Source: Elusimicrobiota bacterium (GTDB lineage: Bacteria > Elusimicrobiota > Elusimicrobia > UBA1565). Taken from it: DNA of 64,000 nt. The notes beneath the pieces were generated by a model that was given only the letters and a program-made list of their open reading frames with translations, was not told the origin of the DNA and searched no databases. Positions 63,064-64,000 of this stretch are shown here, in pieces. The stretch lies in contig JACRDO010000132.1 of the NCBI GenBank assembly GCA_016212885.1, positions 28,779 through 92,778 on the forward strand, given 5' to 3'. Numbering within the stretch: the first letter of the stretch is position 1; the number at the start of each line of letters is the position of its first letter. Made by a program: the position numbers and the translations under genes.

Positions 63064-63911
63064 TTTCGCTGCCCCTTCGCAACGGATTCTTCCGAAACGA
63101 CGATGACGGCGAGGCCCAGGGCGTCCGCGCGGCGGATGAATTCGTCTTTGTCGAAGACCAGCGTCTTGCCGGCCTCCAGCGCCAGGACCGAGGCGCCGGC
63201 CTTCTCCAGGGTCGGCAGGGTATCGAGGCCGAGGACCGGCAGGTCGAAGCGGAAATCCTGGCAGGGCTTGGCGACTTTGACGACGACGAGCCTCGGCTTG
63301 CGTCCGTGGCTGCGGGCGATCTCGCCCGCGCGCGCGACAGCGGAATCCGTCCCCTCCATCGCCTCGACGGCGACGATGGCTCCGCCCTGCGCGACCACGG
63401 CCTGCCCGATGTCGAAGCCGGCCACGGCTTTGGCCGCCCGCCAACCCAGCTCGACGTCCGCAAGCTCTTCCTTCGTGGGGGCCCGGCGCGAGAGGACCCC
63501 CTCGGATGGCATGAGATGGGTCAGATAGGCCGAGGAGGACAGCAGTTCGATGCCCTCCTTGGAGAATTCATCCGCCACCGCGGAAAGGATGGTGTCGGGC
63601 CGCCGGTCCTTCAAGCCGGCGAACAGCTTCAAAGCCCGGAGGTCGGGCATCAGGCCGCCGAAGACGGAGGCGTGCTGGACCTTGCCCGCCATGACGGCTT
63701 TGCGGACCCCGTGTTCCTTGAAGTAGCGCAGGGGGGCCTCGATCTGGCCGAGCTTGAAGTACTGGATCTTGAACACCTTCGGCTCAAGGGCCGGATCCGT
63801 CACGCCGGGGATGGCCAGCGCGACGACCTCGACGCCTTTGCGGCGGGCCTCCTCCGCCACCAGGACGGGAAATCGGCCGGAGCCGGCGATGAGGCCGAGG
63901 CGTTCAGCCAT
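63060..63911 (-). CDS. lpxI: UDP-2,3-diacylglucosamine pyrophosphatase LpxI (DUF1009)
   Basis: LGLIAGSGRFPVLVAEEAR..G.EVVA at the N-terminus, GQAVVAQGGAIVAVEAMEGTD and LVVVKVAKP.QD.RFDLPV.G match the LpxI pattern. Confidence 0.75.
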   Translation of the reverse strand: MAERLGLIAGSGRFPVLVAEEARRKGVEVVALAIPGVTDPALEPKVFKIQYFKLGQIEAPLRYFKEHGVRKAVMAGKVQHASVFGGLMPDLRALKLFAGLKDRRPDTILSAVADEFSKEGIELLSSSAYLTHLMPSEGVLSRRAPTKEELADVELGWRAAKAVAGFDIGQAVVAQGGAIVAVEAMEGTDSAVARAGEIARSHGRKPRLVVVKVAKPCQDFRFDLPVLGLDTLPTLEKAGASVLALEAGKTLVFDKDEFIRRADALGLAVIVVSEESVAKGQRK

Positions 63912-64000
63912 CTAGAGGGTGACCTCCTCTTCGGCCAAGGCGCCGGTCTCCGCGCGCATGATGCCGCGCTTGCCCGCGCCCTCGATGAAGGCGACCAGCT
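63912..64000 (-). CDS. lpxA: 3' end of a probable lpxA (UDP-GlcNAc acyltransferase), partial at the window edge
   Basis: The translated C-terminus ...LVAFIEGAGKRGIMRAETGALAEEEVTL* resembles the LpxA tail (F...S.RG(L/I).R). Its position directly upstream of lpxI fits. Confidence 0.45.
   Translation of the reverse strand, partial: LVAFIEGAGKRGIMRAETGALAEEEVTL

Overview
GC-rich, gene-dense chromosomal window from a diderm bacterium, since lipid A genes lpxA, lpxI, lpxB and an msbA-like exporter are present. It probably comes from a poorly characterised lineage. By eye I found no rRNA, tRNA, CRISPR array, transposase or integrase. Positions 2-17077 are the 3' part of one giant secreted protein of more than 5686 aa, cut at its 5' end by the window edge. 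It combines Kelch, FG-GAP, LamG, Fn3-like and beta-propeller regions, about 10 copies of a ~160-aa module with a Ca-loop-like motif, and a FlgD-Ig / T9SS-type C-terminal domain. Directly downstream on the same strand is a tightly packed cluster (17196-24593). It encodes a PorV/FadL-like outer-membrane barrel with a TPR tail, then a single ORF fusing a histidine kinase to a FliF RBM3-like periplasmic ring domain and a FliG middle/C-terminal-like domain. A coiled-coil protein, MotA, MotB and an OmpR-type regulator follow. No other flagellar genes are in the window. I consider this a candidate undescribed non-flagellar rotor-stator/signalling system, possibly tied to the giant adhesin. The rest of the window holds four further groups. 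(1) An MFS transporter, a small Cys-rich protein and several signal-peptide proteins, including a GH57-like enzyme, a tandem SNase nuclease and a Ca-binding protein. (2) A complete F1Fo ATP synthase operon interrupted by three non-ATPase genes, one a PilZ domain protein, with a divergent REC-GGDEF gene. (3) recG, rpmB and two paralogous polytopic membrane proteins. (4) A minus-strand operon lpxA-lpxI-oxidoreductase-lpxB-msbA-ZIP-short RSH-cNMP-binding protein. Many long ORFs in the six-frame track are GC-driven artefacts and were not called.
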